Shown piece by piece: positions 50,301 to 62,300 of a stretch of 64,000 nucleotides of DNA (within the stretch, counting starts at the first letter, position 1; each line of letters begins with the position of its first letter). The stretch is from Eledone cirrhosa (taxonomy: Eukaryota). The notes under the pieces were generated by a model, which made no database searches, was not told where the DNA came from, and was given only the letters and a program-made list of their open reading frames with translations. Both the position numbers and the translations under genes were made by a program. Where the stretch lies: assembly GCA_964016885.1 (NCBI GenBank), contig OZ024744.1, positions 127,844,001-127,908,000 on the forward strand. Direction: 5' to 3'.

Positions 50301-53300
50301 TTAAGTTGGGGTTAAGTTAAGTTGGCGTTAAGTTAAGTTGGGGTTAAGTTAAGTTGGCGTTAAGTTAAGTTGGGGTTAAGTTAAGTTGGGGTTAAGTTAA
50401 GTTGGGGTTAAGTTAAGTTGGGGTTAATTTAAGTTGGGGTTAAGTTAAGTTGGGGTTAAGTTAAGTTGGAGTTAAGTCAAGTTGGTGTTAAGTCAAGTTG
50501 GGGTTAAGTCAAGTTGGGGTTAAGTCAAGTTGGGGTTAAGTTAAGTTGGGGTTAAGTTAAGTTGGGGTTAAGTTAAGTTGGGGGTAAGTTAAGTTGGGTG
50601 TAAGTTAAGTTGGGGTTAAGTTAAGTTGGGGTTCAGTTCAGTTGGGGTTAAGTTAAGTTGGGGTTAAGTTAAGCTGGGGGTAAGTTAAGTTGGGGTTAAG
50701 TTAAGTTGGGGTTAAGTTAAGTTGGGGTTAAGTTAAGTTGGGGTTCAGTTAAGTTGGGGTTAAGTTAATTTGGGGCTGAGTTAAGTTGGGGTTAAGTTAA
50801 GTTCGGGTTGAGTTAAGTTGGGGTTAAGTTAAGTTGGGGTTAAGTTAAGTTGGCGTTAAGTTAAGTTGGGGTTAAGATAAGTTGGGGTTAAGTTAAGTTG
50901 GGGTTAATTTAAGTTGGGGTTGAGTTAATTTGGGTTTAAGTTAAGTTAGCCTTAACTTAAGTTGGGGTTAAGTTAAGTTGGGGTTAAGTTAAGTTGGGGG
51001 TAAGTTAAGTTGGGGGCAAGTTAAGTTGGGGTTAATTTAAGTTGGGGTTAAGTTAAGTTGGGGTTAAGTTAAGTTGGGGGTAACTTAAGTTGGGGTTAAG
51101 TTAAGTTGAGGGTATGTTAAGTTGAGGTTAAGTTAAGTTGGGGTTAAGTTAAGTTGGGGTTAAGTTAAGTTGGGGGTAAGATAAGTTGGGGCTAAGTTAA
51201 GTTGGGGCTAAGTCAAGTTGGGGTTAAGTCAAGTTGAGGTTAACTTAAGTTGGGTTTAAGTTAAGTTGGGGTTAAGTTAAGTTGGGGTTAAGGTAAGTTG
51301 GGGTTAAGTTAAGTTGGGGCTAAGTTAAGTTGGGGCTAAGTTAAGTTGGGGCTGAGTTAAGTTGGGGTTAAGTTGGGGTTGAGTTAAGTTGGGGTTAAGT
51401 TAAGTTGGGATTAAGTTAAGTTGGGGTTAAGTTAAGTTCGGGTTGAGTTAAGTTGGGGTTAAGTTAAGTTGGGGTTAATTTAAGTTGGGGTTAAGTTAAG
51501 TTGGGGTTAAGATAAGTTGGGGTTAAGTTAAGTTGGGGTTAAGTTAAGTTGGGGTTGAGTTAATTTGGGGTTAAGTTAAGTTGGGGTTAACTTAAGTTGG
51601 GGTTAAGTTAAGTTGGGGTTAAGTTAAGTTGGGGGTAAGTTAAGTCGGGGTTAAGTTAAGTTGGGGTTAAGTTAAGTTGGGTTTAAGTTAAGTTGGGGCT
51701 AAGTTAAGTTGGGGCTAAGTTAAGTTGGGGCTGAGTTAAGTTGGGGGTAACTTAAGTTGGGTATAAGTTAAGTTGGGGTTAAGTTAAGTTGGGGTTCAGT
51801 TCAGTTGGGGTTAAGTTAAGTTGGGGTTAAGTTAAGCTGGGGTTAAGTTAAGTTGGGGTTAATTTAAGTTGGGGTTAAGTTAAGTTGGGGTTGAGTTAAG
51901 TTGGGGTTGAGTTAAGTTGGGGTTAATTTAAGTTGGGGTTAAGTTAAGTTGGGGTTAAGTTAAGTTGGGGTTAAGTTAAGTTGGGGGTAAGTTAAGTTGG
52001 GGTTAAGTTAAGTTGGGGTTAAGTTAAGTTGGGGTTAAGTTAAGTTAGGGTTAATTTCAGTTGGGGTTAAGTTAAGTTGGGGTTAAGTTAAGTTAGGGTT
52101 AATTTAAGTTGGGGTTATGTTAAGTTGGGGTTAAGTTAAGTTGGGGTTAAGTTAAGTTGGTGTTAAGTAAAGTTGGGGTTAAGTTAAGTTGGGGTTAAGT
52201 TAAGTTGGTGTTAAGTAAAGTTGGGCTTAAGTTAAGTTGGGTTTGAGTTAAGTTGGGGCTAAGTTAAGTTAGGGCTAAGTTAAGTTGGGGTTAAGTTAAG
52301 TTGGGGCTAGGTTAAGTTGGGTCTAAGTTAAGTTGGGGTTAAGTTAAGTTGGGGTTAAGTTCAGTTGGGGTTAAATTAAGTTGGGGTTAAGTTAAGTTGG
52401 CGTTAAGCTAAGTTGGGGTTAAGTTAATTTGCGGTTAAGTTAGGTTGTGGGTTAAGTTAAGTTGGGGGTAAGTTAAGTTGGGGGTAAGTTAAGTTGGGGT
52501 TAATTTAAGTTGGGGTTAAGTTAAGTTGGGGTTAAGTTAAGTTGGGGTTAAGTTAAGTTGGGGTTAAGTTAAGTTGGCGTTAATTTAACTTGGGGTAAAG
52601 TTAAGTTGGGGTTAAGTTAAGTTGGGGTTAAGTTAAGTTGGGGTTAAGTCAAGTTGGGGTTAAGTCAAGTTGGGGTTAAGTCAAGTTGGGGTTAAGTTAA
52701 GTTGGGGTTAAGTTAAGTTGGGGGTAAGTTAAGTTGGGTGTAAGTTAAGTTGGGGTTAAGTTAAAATGTGGTTAAGTTCAGTTGGGGTTAAGTTAAGTTG
52801 GGGTTAAGTTAAGTTGGGGGTAAGTTAAGTTGGGGGCAAGTTAAGTTGGGTTTAAGTTAAGTTGGGGTTAAGTTAAGTTGGGGTTAAGTTAAGTTGGGGT
52901 TAAGTTAAGTTGGGGTTAAGTTAAGTTGGGGTTAAGTTAAGTTAGGGTTAATTTCAGTTGGGGTTATGTTAAGTTGGGGTTAAGTTAAGTTGGGGTTAAG
53001 TTAAAGTTGGGGTTAAGTTAAGTTGGGGTAAAGTTAAGTTGGGGTTAAGGTAAGTTGGGGTTAAATTAAGTTGGGGTTCAGTTAAGTTGGGGTTAAATTA
53101 AGTTGGGGTTAAGTTAAGTTGGGGTTAGTTAAGTTGGGGTTAAGTTAAGTTGGGGTTAAGTTAAGTTGGGGTTAAGTTAAGTTGGGGTTAAGTTAAGTTG
53201 GCGTTAAGTTAAGTTGGGGTTAAGTTAAGTTGGGGTTAAATTAAGTTGGGGTTAAGTTAAGTTGGGGTTAAGTTAAGTTGGAGTTAAGTCAAGTTGGGGT

Positions 53301-56300
53301 TAAGTCAAGTTGCGGTTAAGTCAAGTTGTGGTTAAGTCAAGTTGGGGTTAAGTTAAGTTGGGGTTAAGTTAAGTTGGGGTTAACTTAAGTTGGGGTTAAG
53401 TTGGGGTTAAGTTAAGTTGGGGTTAAATTAAGTTGGGGGTTAGTTAAGTTGGGGCAAGTTAAGTTGGGGTTAATTTAAGTTGGGGTTAAGTTAAGTTGGG
53501 GTTATGTTAAGTTGGGGTTAAGTTAAGTTGGGGTTAAGTTAAGTTGGGGGTAAGTTAAGTTGGGGTTAAGTTAAGTTGGGGGTAAGTTAAGTTGAGGGTA
53601 AGTTAAGTTGGGGTTAAGTTAAGTTGGGGTTAAATTAAGTTGAGGTTAAGTTAAGTTGGGGTTAAGTTAAGTTGGGGGTAAGATAAGTTGGGGCTAAGTT
53701 AAGTTGGGGCTAAGTCAAGTTGGGGTTAATTCAAGTTGAGGTTAACTTAAGTTGGGGTTAAGTTAAGTTGGGGTTAATTTAAGTTGGGGTTAAGTTAAGT
53801 TGGGGTGAAGATAAGTTGGGGTTAAGTTAAGTTGGGGTTAAGTTAGTTGGGGTTGAGTTAATTTGGGGTTAAGTTAAGTTGGGGTTAACTTAAGTTGGGG
53901 TTAAGTTGGGGTTAAGTTAAGTTGGGGGTAGGTTAAGTTGGGGGCAAGTTTAGTTGGGGTTAAGTTAAGTTGGGGTTACGTTAAGTTGGGCGTAAGTTAA
54001 GTCGGGGTTAAGTTAAGTTGGGGTTAAGTTAAGTTGGGTTTAAGTTAAGTTGGTGCTAAGTTAAGTTGGAGCTAAGTTAAGTTGGGGCTGAGTTAAGTTG
54101 GGGGTAAGTTAAGTTGGGGTTAAGTTAAGTTGGGGTTCAGTTAAGTTGGGGTTAAGTTAAGTTGGGGTTAAGTTAAGCTGGGGTTAAGTTAAGTTGGGGT
54201 TAAGTTAAGTTGGGGTTAAGTTAAGTTGGGGTTAAGTTAAGTTGGGGTTGAGTTAAGTTGGGGTTGAGTTAAGTTGGGGTTAAGTTAAGTTGGGGTTAAG
54301 TTAAGTTGGGGTTAAGTTAAGTTGGGGTTAAGTTAAGTTGGGGTTAAGTTAAGTTGGGGGTAAGTTAAGTTGGGGGCAAGTTAAGTTGGGGTTAAGTTAA
54401 GTTGGGGTTAAGTTAAGTTGGGGTTAAGTTAAGTTAGGGTTAATTTCAGTTGGGGTTATGTTAAGTTGGGGTTAAGTTAAGTTGGGGTTAAGTTAAATTT
54501 GGGGTTAAGTTAAGTTGGGGTAAAGTTAAGTTAGGGTTAAGTTAAGTTGGGGTTAAGTTAAGTTGGGGTTAAATTAAGTTGGGGTTAAGTTAAGTTGGGG
54601 TTAAGTTAAGCTGGGGTTAAATTAAGTTGGGGTTCAGTTAAGTTGGGGTTAAATTAAGTTGGGGTTAAGTTAAGTTGGGGTTAGTTAAGTTGGGGTTAAG
54701 TTAAGTTCGGGTTAAGTTAAGTTGGGGTTAAGTTAAGTTGGGGTTAAATTAAGTTGGGGTTAAGTTAAGTTGGGGTTAAGTTAAGTTGGGGTTAAGTTAA
54801 GTTAGGGTTAATTTCAGTTGGGGTTATGTTAAGTTGGGGTTAAGTTAAGTTGGGGTTAAGTTAAGTTGGCGTAAAGTTAAGTTAGGGTTAAGTTAAGTTG
54901 GGGTTAAGTTAAGTTGGGGTTAAATTAAGTTGGGGTTAAGTTAAGTTGGGGTTAAGTTAAGTTAGGGTTAAATTAAGTTGGGGTTCAGTTAAGTTGGGGT
55001 TAAATTAAGTTGGGGTTAAGTTAAGTTGGGGTTAGTTAAGTTGGGGTTAAGTTAAGTTGGCGTTAAGTTAAGTTGGGGTTAAGTTAAGTTGGCGTTAAGT
55101 TAAGTTGGGGTTAAGTTAAGTTGGGGTTAAGTTAAGTTGGGGTTAAGTTAAGTTGGGGTTAATTTAAGTTGGGGTTAAGTTAAGTTGGGGTTAAGTTAAG
55201 TTGGAGTTAAGTCAAGTTGGTGTTAAGTCAAGTTGGGGTTAAGTCAAGTTGGGGTTAAGTTAAGTTGGGGTTAAGTTAAGTTGGGGTTAAGTTAAGTTGG
55301 GGGTAAGTTAAGTTGGGTGTAAGTTAAGTTGGGGTTAAGTTAAGTTGGGGTTCAGTTCAGTTGGGGTTAAGTTAAGTTGGGGTTAAGTTAAGCTGGGGGT
55401 AAGTTAAGTTGGGGTTAAGTTAAGTTGGGGTTAAGTTAAGTTGGGGTTAAGTTAAGTTGGGGTTCAGTTAAGTTGGGGTTAAGTTAATTTGGGGCTGAGT
55501 TAAGTTGGGGTTAAGTTAAGTTCGGGTTGAGTTAAGTTGGGGTTAAGTTAAGTTGGGGTTAAGTTAAGTTGGGGTTAAGTTAAGTTGGGGTTAAGATAAG
55601 TTGGGGTTAAGTTAAGTTGGGGTTAATTTAAGTTGGGGTTGAGTTAATTTGGGTTTAAGTTAAGTTAGCCTTAACTTAAGTTGGGGTTAAGTTAAGTTGG
55701 GGTTAAGTTAAGTTGGGGGTAAGTTAAGTTGGGGGCAAGTTAAGTTGGGGTTAATTTAAGTTGGGGTTAAGTTAAGTTGGGGTTAAGTTAAGTTGGGGGT
55801 AACTTAAGTTGGGGTTAAGTTAAGTTGAGGGTAAGTTAAGTTGAGGTTAAGTTAAGTTGGGGTTAAGTTAAGTTGGGGGTAAGTTAAGTTGGGGGTAAGT
55901 TAAGTTGGGGTTAAGTTAAGTTGGGGTTAAATTAAGTTGAGGCTAAGTTAATTTGGGGTTAAGTTAAGTTAGGGTTAATTTCAGTTGGGGTTAAGTTAAG
56001 TTGGGGTTAAGTTAAGTTAGGGTTAATTTAAGTTGGGGTTATGTTAAGTTGGGGTTAAGTTAAGTTGGGGTTAAGTTAAGTTGGTGTTAAGTAAAGTTGG
56101 GGTTAAGTTAAGTTGTGGGTTAAGTTAAGTTGGGGTTAAGTTAAGTTGGGGTTAAGTTAAGTTGGTGTTAAGTAAAGTTGGGCTTAAGTTAAGTTGGGTT
56201 TGAGTTAAGTTGGGGATAAGTTAAGTTAGGGCTAAGTTAAGTTGGGGTTAAGTTAAATTGGGGCTAGGTTAAGTTGGGTCTAAGTTAAGTTGGGGTTAAG

Positions 56301-59300
56301 TTAAGTTGGGGTTAAATTAAGTTGGGGTTAAATTAAGTTGGGGTTAAGTTAAGTTGGGGTTAAGCTAAGTTGGGGTTAAGTTAATTTGCGGTTAAGTTAG
56401 GTTGTGGGTTAAATTAAGTTGGGGGTAAGTTAAGTTGGGGGTAAGTTAAGTTGGGGTTAATTTAAGTTGGGGTTAAGTTAAGTTGGGGTTAAGTTAAGTT
56501 GGGGTTAAGTTAAGTTGGGGTTAAGTTAAGTTGGCGTTAATTTAACTTGGGGTAAAGTTAAGTTGGGGTTAAGTTAAGTTGGGGTTAAGTTAAGTTGGGG
56601 TTAAGTCAAGTTGGGGTTAAGTCAAGTTGGGGTTAAGTCAAGTTGGGGTTAAGTTAAGTTGGGGTTAAGTTAAGTTGGGGGTAAGTTAAGTTGGGTGTAA
56701 CTTAAGTTGGGGTTAAGGTAAAATGTGGTTAAGTTCAGTTGGGGTTAAGTTAAGTTGGGGTTAAGTTAAGTTGGGGGTAAGTTAAGTTGGGGGCAAGTTA
56801 AGTTGGGGTTAAGTTAAGTTGGGGTTAAGTTAAGTTGGGGTTAAGTTAAGTTGGGGTTAAGTTAAGTTAGGGTTAATTTCAGTTGGGGTTATGTTAAGTT
56901 GGGGTTAAGTTAAGTTGGGGTTAAGTTAAAGTTGGGGTTAAGTTAAGTTGGGGTAAAGTTAAGTTAGGGTTAAGTTGAGTTGGGGTTAAGTTAAGTTGGG
57001 GTTAAATTAAGTTGGGGTTAAGTTAAGTTGGGGTTAAGTTAAGTTGGGGTTAAATTAAGTTGGGGTTCAGTTAAGTTGGGGTTAAATTAAGTTGGGGTTA
57101 AGTTAAGTTGGGGTTAGTTAAGTTGGGGTTAAGTTAAGTTGGGGTTAAGTTAAGTTGGGGTTAAGTTAAGTTGGGGTTAAGTTAAGTTGGCGTTAAGTTA
57201 AGTTGGGGTTAAGTTAAGTTGGGGTTAAATTAAGTTGGGGTTAAGTTAAGTTGGGGTTAATTTAAGTTCGGGTTAAGTTAAGTTGGGGTTAAGTTAAGTT
57301 GGAGTTAAGTCAAGTTGGGGTTAAGTCAAGTTGCGGTTAAGTCAAGTTGGGGTTAAGTCAAGTTGGGGTTAAGTTAAGTTGGGGTTAAGTTAAGTTGGGG
57401 TTAACTTAAGTTGGGGTTAAGTTGGGGTTAAGTTAAGTTGGGGTTAAATTAAGTTGGGGGTTAGTTAAGTTGGGGCAAGTTAAGTTGGGGTTAATTTAAG
57501 TTGGGGTTAAGTTAAGTTGGGGTTATGTTAAGTTGGGGTTAAGTTAAGTTGGGGTTAAGTTAAGTTGGGGGTAAGTTAAGTTGGGGTTAAGTTAAGTTGG
57601 GGGTAAGTTAAGTTGAGGGTAAGTTAAGTTGGGGTTAAGTTAAGTTGGGGTTAAATTAAGTTGAGGTTAAGTTAAGTTGGGGTTAAGTTAAGTTGGGGGT
57701 AAGATAAGTTGGGGGTAAGATAAGTTGGGGCTAAGTTAAGTTGGGGCTAAGTCAAGTTGGGGTTAATTCAAGTTGAGGTTAACTTAAGTTGGGGTTAAGT
57801 TAAGTTGGGGTTAAGTTAAGTTGGGGTTAAGGTAAGTTGGGGTTATATTAAGTTGGGGCTATGTTAAGTTGGGGCTAAGTTAAGTTGGGGCTGAGTTAAG
57901 TTGGGGTTAAGTTAAGTTGGGGTTGAGTTAAGTTGGGGTTAAGTTAAGTTGGGATTAAGTTAAGTTGGGGTTAATTTAAGTTCGGCTTGAGTTAAGTTGG
58001 GGTTAAGTTAAGTTGGGGTTAATTTAAGTTGGGGTTAAGTTAAGTTGGGGTTAATATAAGTTGGGGTTAAGTTAAGTTGGGGTTAAGTTAAGTTGGGGTT
58101 GAGTTAATTTGGGGTTAAGTTAAGTTGGGGTTAACTTAAGTTGGGGTTAAGTTGGGGTTGAGTTAAGTTGGGGGTAGGTTAAGTTGGGGGCAAGTTTAGT
58201 TGGGGTTAAGTTAAGTTGGGGTTACGTTAAGTTGGGCGTAAGTTAAGTCGGGGTTAAGTTAAGTTGGGGTTAAGTTAAGTTGAGTTTAAGTTAAGTTGGG
58301 GCTAAGTTAAGTTGGAGCTAAGTTAAGTTGGGGCTGAGTTAAGTTGGGGGTAAGTTAAGTTGGGGTTAAGTTAAGTTGGGGTTCAGTTCAGTTGGGGTTA
58401 AGTTAAGTTGGGGTTAAGTTAAGCTGGGGTTAAGTTAAGTTGGGGTTAAGTTAAGTTGGGGTTAAGTTAAGTTGGGGTTAAGTTAAGTTGGGGTTGAGTT
58501 AAGTTGGGGTTGAGTTAAGTTAGGGTTAAGTTAAGTTGGGGTTAAGTTAAGTTGGGGTTAAGTTAAGTTGGGGTTAAGTTAAGTTGGGGGTAAGTTAAGT
58601 TGGGGGCAAGTTAAGTTGGGGTTAAGTTAAGTTGGGGTTAAGTTAAGTTGGGGTTAAGTTAAGTTAGGGTTAATTTCAGTTGGGGTTATGTTAAGTTGGG
58701 GTTAAGTTAAGTTGGGGTTAAGTTAAAGTTGGGGTTAAGTTAAGTTGGGGTAAAGTTAAGTTAGGGTTAAGTTAAGTTGGGGTTAAGTTAAGTTGGGGTT
58801 AAATTAAGTTGGGGTTAAGTTAAGTTGGGGTTAAGTTAAGTTGGGGTTAAATTAAGTTGGGGTTCAGTTAAGTTGGGGTTAAATTAAGTTGGGGTTAAGT
58901 TAAGTTGGGGTTAGTTAAGTTGGGGTTAAGTTAAGTTGGGGTTAAGTTAAGTTGGGGTTAAGTTAAGTTGGGGTTAAATTAAGTTGGGGTTAAGTTAAGT
59001 TGGGGTTAAGTTAAGTTGGGGTTAAGTTAAGTTAGGGTTAATTTCAGTTGGGGTTATTTTAAGTTGGGGTTAAGTTAAGTTGGGGTTAAGTTAAAGTTGG
59101 GGTTAAGTTAAGTTGGCGTAAAGTTAAGTTAGGGTTAAGTTAAGTTGGGGTTAAGTTAAGTTGGGGTTAAATTAAGTTGGGGTTAAGTTAAGTTGGGGTT
59201 AAGTTAAGTTGGGGTTAAATTAAGTTGGGGTTCAGTTAAGTTGGGGTTAAATTAAGTTGGGGTTAAGTTAAGTTGGGGTTAGTTAAGTTGGGGTTAAGTT

Positions 59301-62300
59301 AAGTTGGCGTTAAGTTAAGTTGGGGTTAAGTTAAGTTGGCGTTAAGTTAAGTTGGAGTTAAGTTAAGTTGGGGTTAAGTTAAGTTGGGGTTAAGTTAAGT
59401 TGGGGTTAATTTAAGTTGGGGTTAAGTTAAGTTGGGGTTAAGTTAAGTTGGAGTTAAGTCAAGTTGGTGTTAAGTCAAGTTGGGGTTAAGTCAAGTTGGG
59501 GTTAAGTCAAGTTGGGGTTAAGTTAAGTTGGGGTTAAGTTAAGTTGGGGTTAAGTTAAGTTGGGGGTAAGTTAAGTTGGGTGTAAGTTAAGTTGGGGTTC
59601 AGTTAAGTTGGGGTTAAGTTAATTTGGGGCTGAGTTAAGTTGGGGTTAAGTTAAGTTCGGGTTGAGTTAAGTTGGGGTTAAGTTAAGTTGGGGTTAAGTT
59701 AAGTTGGGGTTAAGTTAAGTTGGGGTTAAGATAAGTTGGGGTTGAGTTAATTTGGGTTTAAGTTAAGTTGGCCTTAACTTAAGTTGGGGTTAAGTTAAGT
59801 TGGGGTTAAGTTAAGTTGGGGGTAAGTTAAGTTGGGGGCAAGTTAAGTTGGGGTTAATTTAAGTTGGGGTTAAGTTAAGTTGGGGTTAAGTTAAGTTGGG
59901 GGTAACTTAAGTTGGGGTTAAGTTAAGTTGAGGGTAAGTTAAGTTGAGGTTAAGTTAAGTTGGGGTTAAGTTAAGTTGGGGGTAAGTTAAGTTGGGGGTA
60001 AGTTAAGTTGGGGTTAAGTTAAGTTGGGGTTAAATTAAGTTGAGGTTAAGTTAATTTGGGGTTAAGTTAAGTTGGGGTTAAGTTAAGTTGGGGGTAAGAT
60101 AAGTTGGGGCTAAGTTAAGTTGGGGCTAAGTCAAGTTGGGGTTAAGTCAAGTTGGGGTTAAGTCAAGTTGAGGTTAACTTAAGTTGGGGTTAAGTTAAGT
60201 TGGGGTTAAGTTAAGTTGGGGTTAACGTAAGTTGGGGTTGAGTTAAGTTGGGGCTAAGTTAAGTTGGGGCTAAGTTAAGTTGGGGCTGAGTTAAGTTGGG
60301 GTTAAGTTGGGGTTGAGTTAAGTTGGGGTTAAGTTAAGTTGGGATTAAGTTAAGTTGGGGTTAAGTTAAGTTCGGGTTGAGTTAAGTTGGGGTTAAGTTA
60401 AGTTGGGGTTAATTTAAGTTGGGGTTAAGTTAAGTTGGGGTTAAGATAAGTTGGGGTTAAGTTAAGTTGGGGTTAAGTTAAGTTGGGGTTGAGTTAATTT
60501 GGGGTTAAGTTAAGTTGGGGTTAACTTAAGTTGGGGTTAAGTTAAGTTGGGGTTAACTTAAGTTGGGGGTAAGTTAAGTCGGGGTTAAGTTAAGTTGGGG
60601 TTAAGTTAAGTTGGGTTTAAGTTAAGTTGGGGCTAAGTTAAGTTGGGGCTAAGTTAAATTGGGGCTGAGTTAAGTTGGGGGTAAGTTAAGTTGGGTGTAA
60701 GGTAAGTTGGGGTTAAGTTAAGTTGGGGTTAAGTTAAGCTGGGGTTAAGTTAAGTTGGGGTTAAGTTAAGTTGGGGTTAAGTTAAGTTGGGGTTGAGTTA
60801 AGTTGGGGTTGAGTTAAGTTGGGGTTAATTTAAGTTGGGGTTAAGTTAAGTTGGGGTTAAGTTAAGTTGGGGTTAAGTTAAGTTGGGGGTAAGTTAAGTT
60901 GGGGGCAAGTTAAGTTGGGGTTAAGTTAAGTTGGGGTTAAGTTAAGTTGGGGTTAAGTTAAGTTAGGGTTAATTTCAGTTGGGGTTAAGTTAAGTTGGGG
61001 TTAAGTTAAGTTAGGGTTAATTTAAGTTGGGGTTATGTTAAGTTGGGGTTAAGTTAAGTTGGGGTTAAGTTAAGTTGGTGTTAAGTTAAGCTGGGGTTAA
61101 GTTAAGTTGGGGTTAAGTTAAGTTGGGGTTAAGTTAAGTTGGGGTTGAGTTAAGTTGGGGTTGAGTTAAGTTGGGGTTAATTTAAGTTGGGGTTAAGTTA
61201 AGTTGGGGTTAAGTTAAGTTGGGGTTAAGTTAAGTTGGGGGTAAGTTAAGTTGGGGTTAAGTTAAGTTGGGGTTAAGTTAAGTTGGGGTTAAGTTAAGTT
61301 AGGGCTAAGTTAAGTTGGGGTTAAGTTAAGTTGGGGCTAGGTAAAGTTGGGTCTAAGTTAAGTTGGGGTTAAGTTAAGTTGGGGTTAAGTTAAGTTGGGG
61401 TTAAATTAAGTTGGGGTTAAGTTAAGTTGGGGTTAAGCTAAGTTGGGGTTAAGTTAATTTGCGGTTAAGTTAGGTTGTGGGTTAAGTTAAGTTGGGGGTA
61501 AGTTAAGTTGGGGGTAAGTTAAGTTGGGGTTAATTTAAGTTGGGGTTAAGTTAAGTTGGGGTTAAGTTAAGTTGGGGTTAAGTTAAGTTGGCGTTAAGTT
61601 AACTTGGGGTAAAGTTAAGTTGGGGTTAAGTTAAGTTGGGGTTAAGTTAAGTTGGGGTTAAGTTAAGTTGGGGTTAAGTCAAGTTGGGGTTAAGTCAAGT
61701 TGGGGTTAAGTCAAGTTGGGGTTAAGTTAAGTTGGGGTTAAGTTAATTGGGGGTAAGTTAAGTTGGGTGTAAGTTAAGTTGGGGTTAAGTTAAAATGTGG
61801 TTAAGTTCAGTTGGGGTTAAGTTAAGTTGGGGTTAAGTTAAGTTGGGGGTAAGTTAAGTTGGGGGCAAGTTAAGTTGGGGTTAAGTTAAGTTGGGGTTAA
61901 GTTAAGTTGGGGTCAAGTTAAGTTGGGGTTAAGTTAAGTTAGGATTAATTTCAGTTGGGGTTATGTTAAGTTGGGGTTAAGTTAAGTTGGGGTTAATTTA
62001 AAGTTGGGGTTAAGTTAAGTTGGGGTAAAGTTAAGTTAGGGTTAAGTTAAGTTGGGGTTAAGTTAAGTTGGGGTTAAATTAAGTTGGGGTTAAGTTAAGT
62101 TGGGGTTAAGTTAAGTTGGGGTTAAATTAAGTTGGGGTTCAGTTAAGTTGGGTTTAAATTAAGTTGGGGTTAAGTTAAGTTGGGGTTAGTTAAGTTGGGG
62201 TTAAGTTAAGTTGGGGTTAAGTTAAGTTGGGGTTAAGTTAAGTTGGGGTTAAGTTAAGTTGGCGTTAAGTTAAGTTGGGGTTAAGTTAAGTTGGGGTTAA

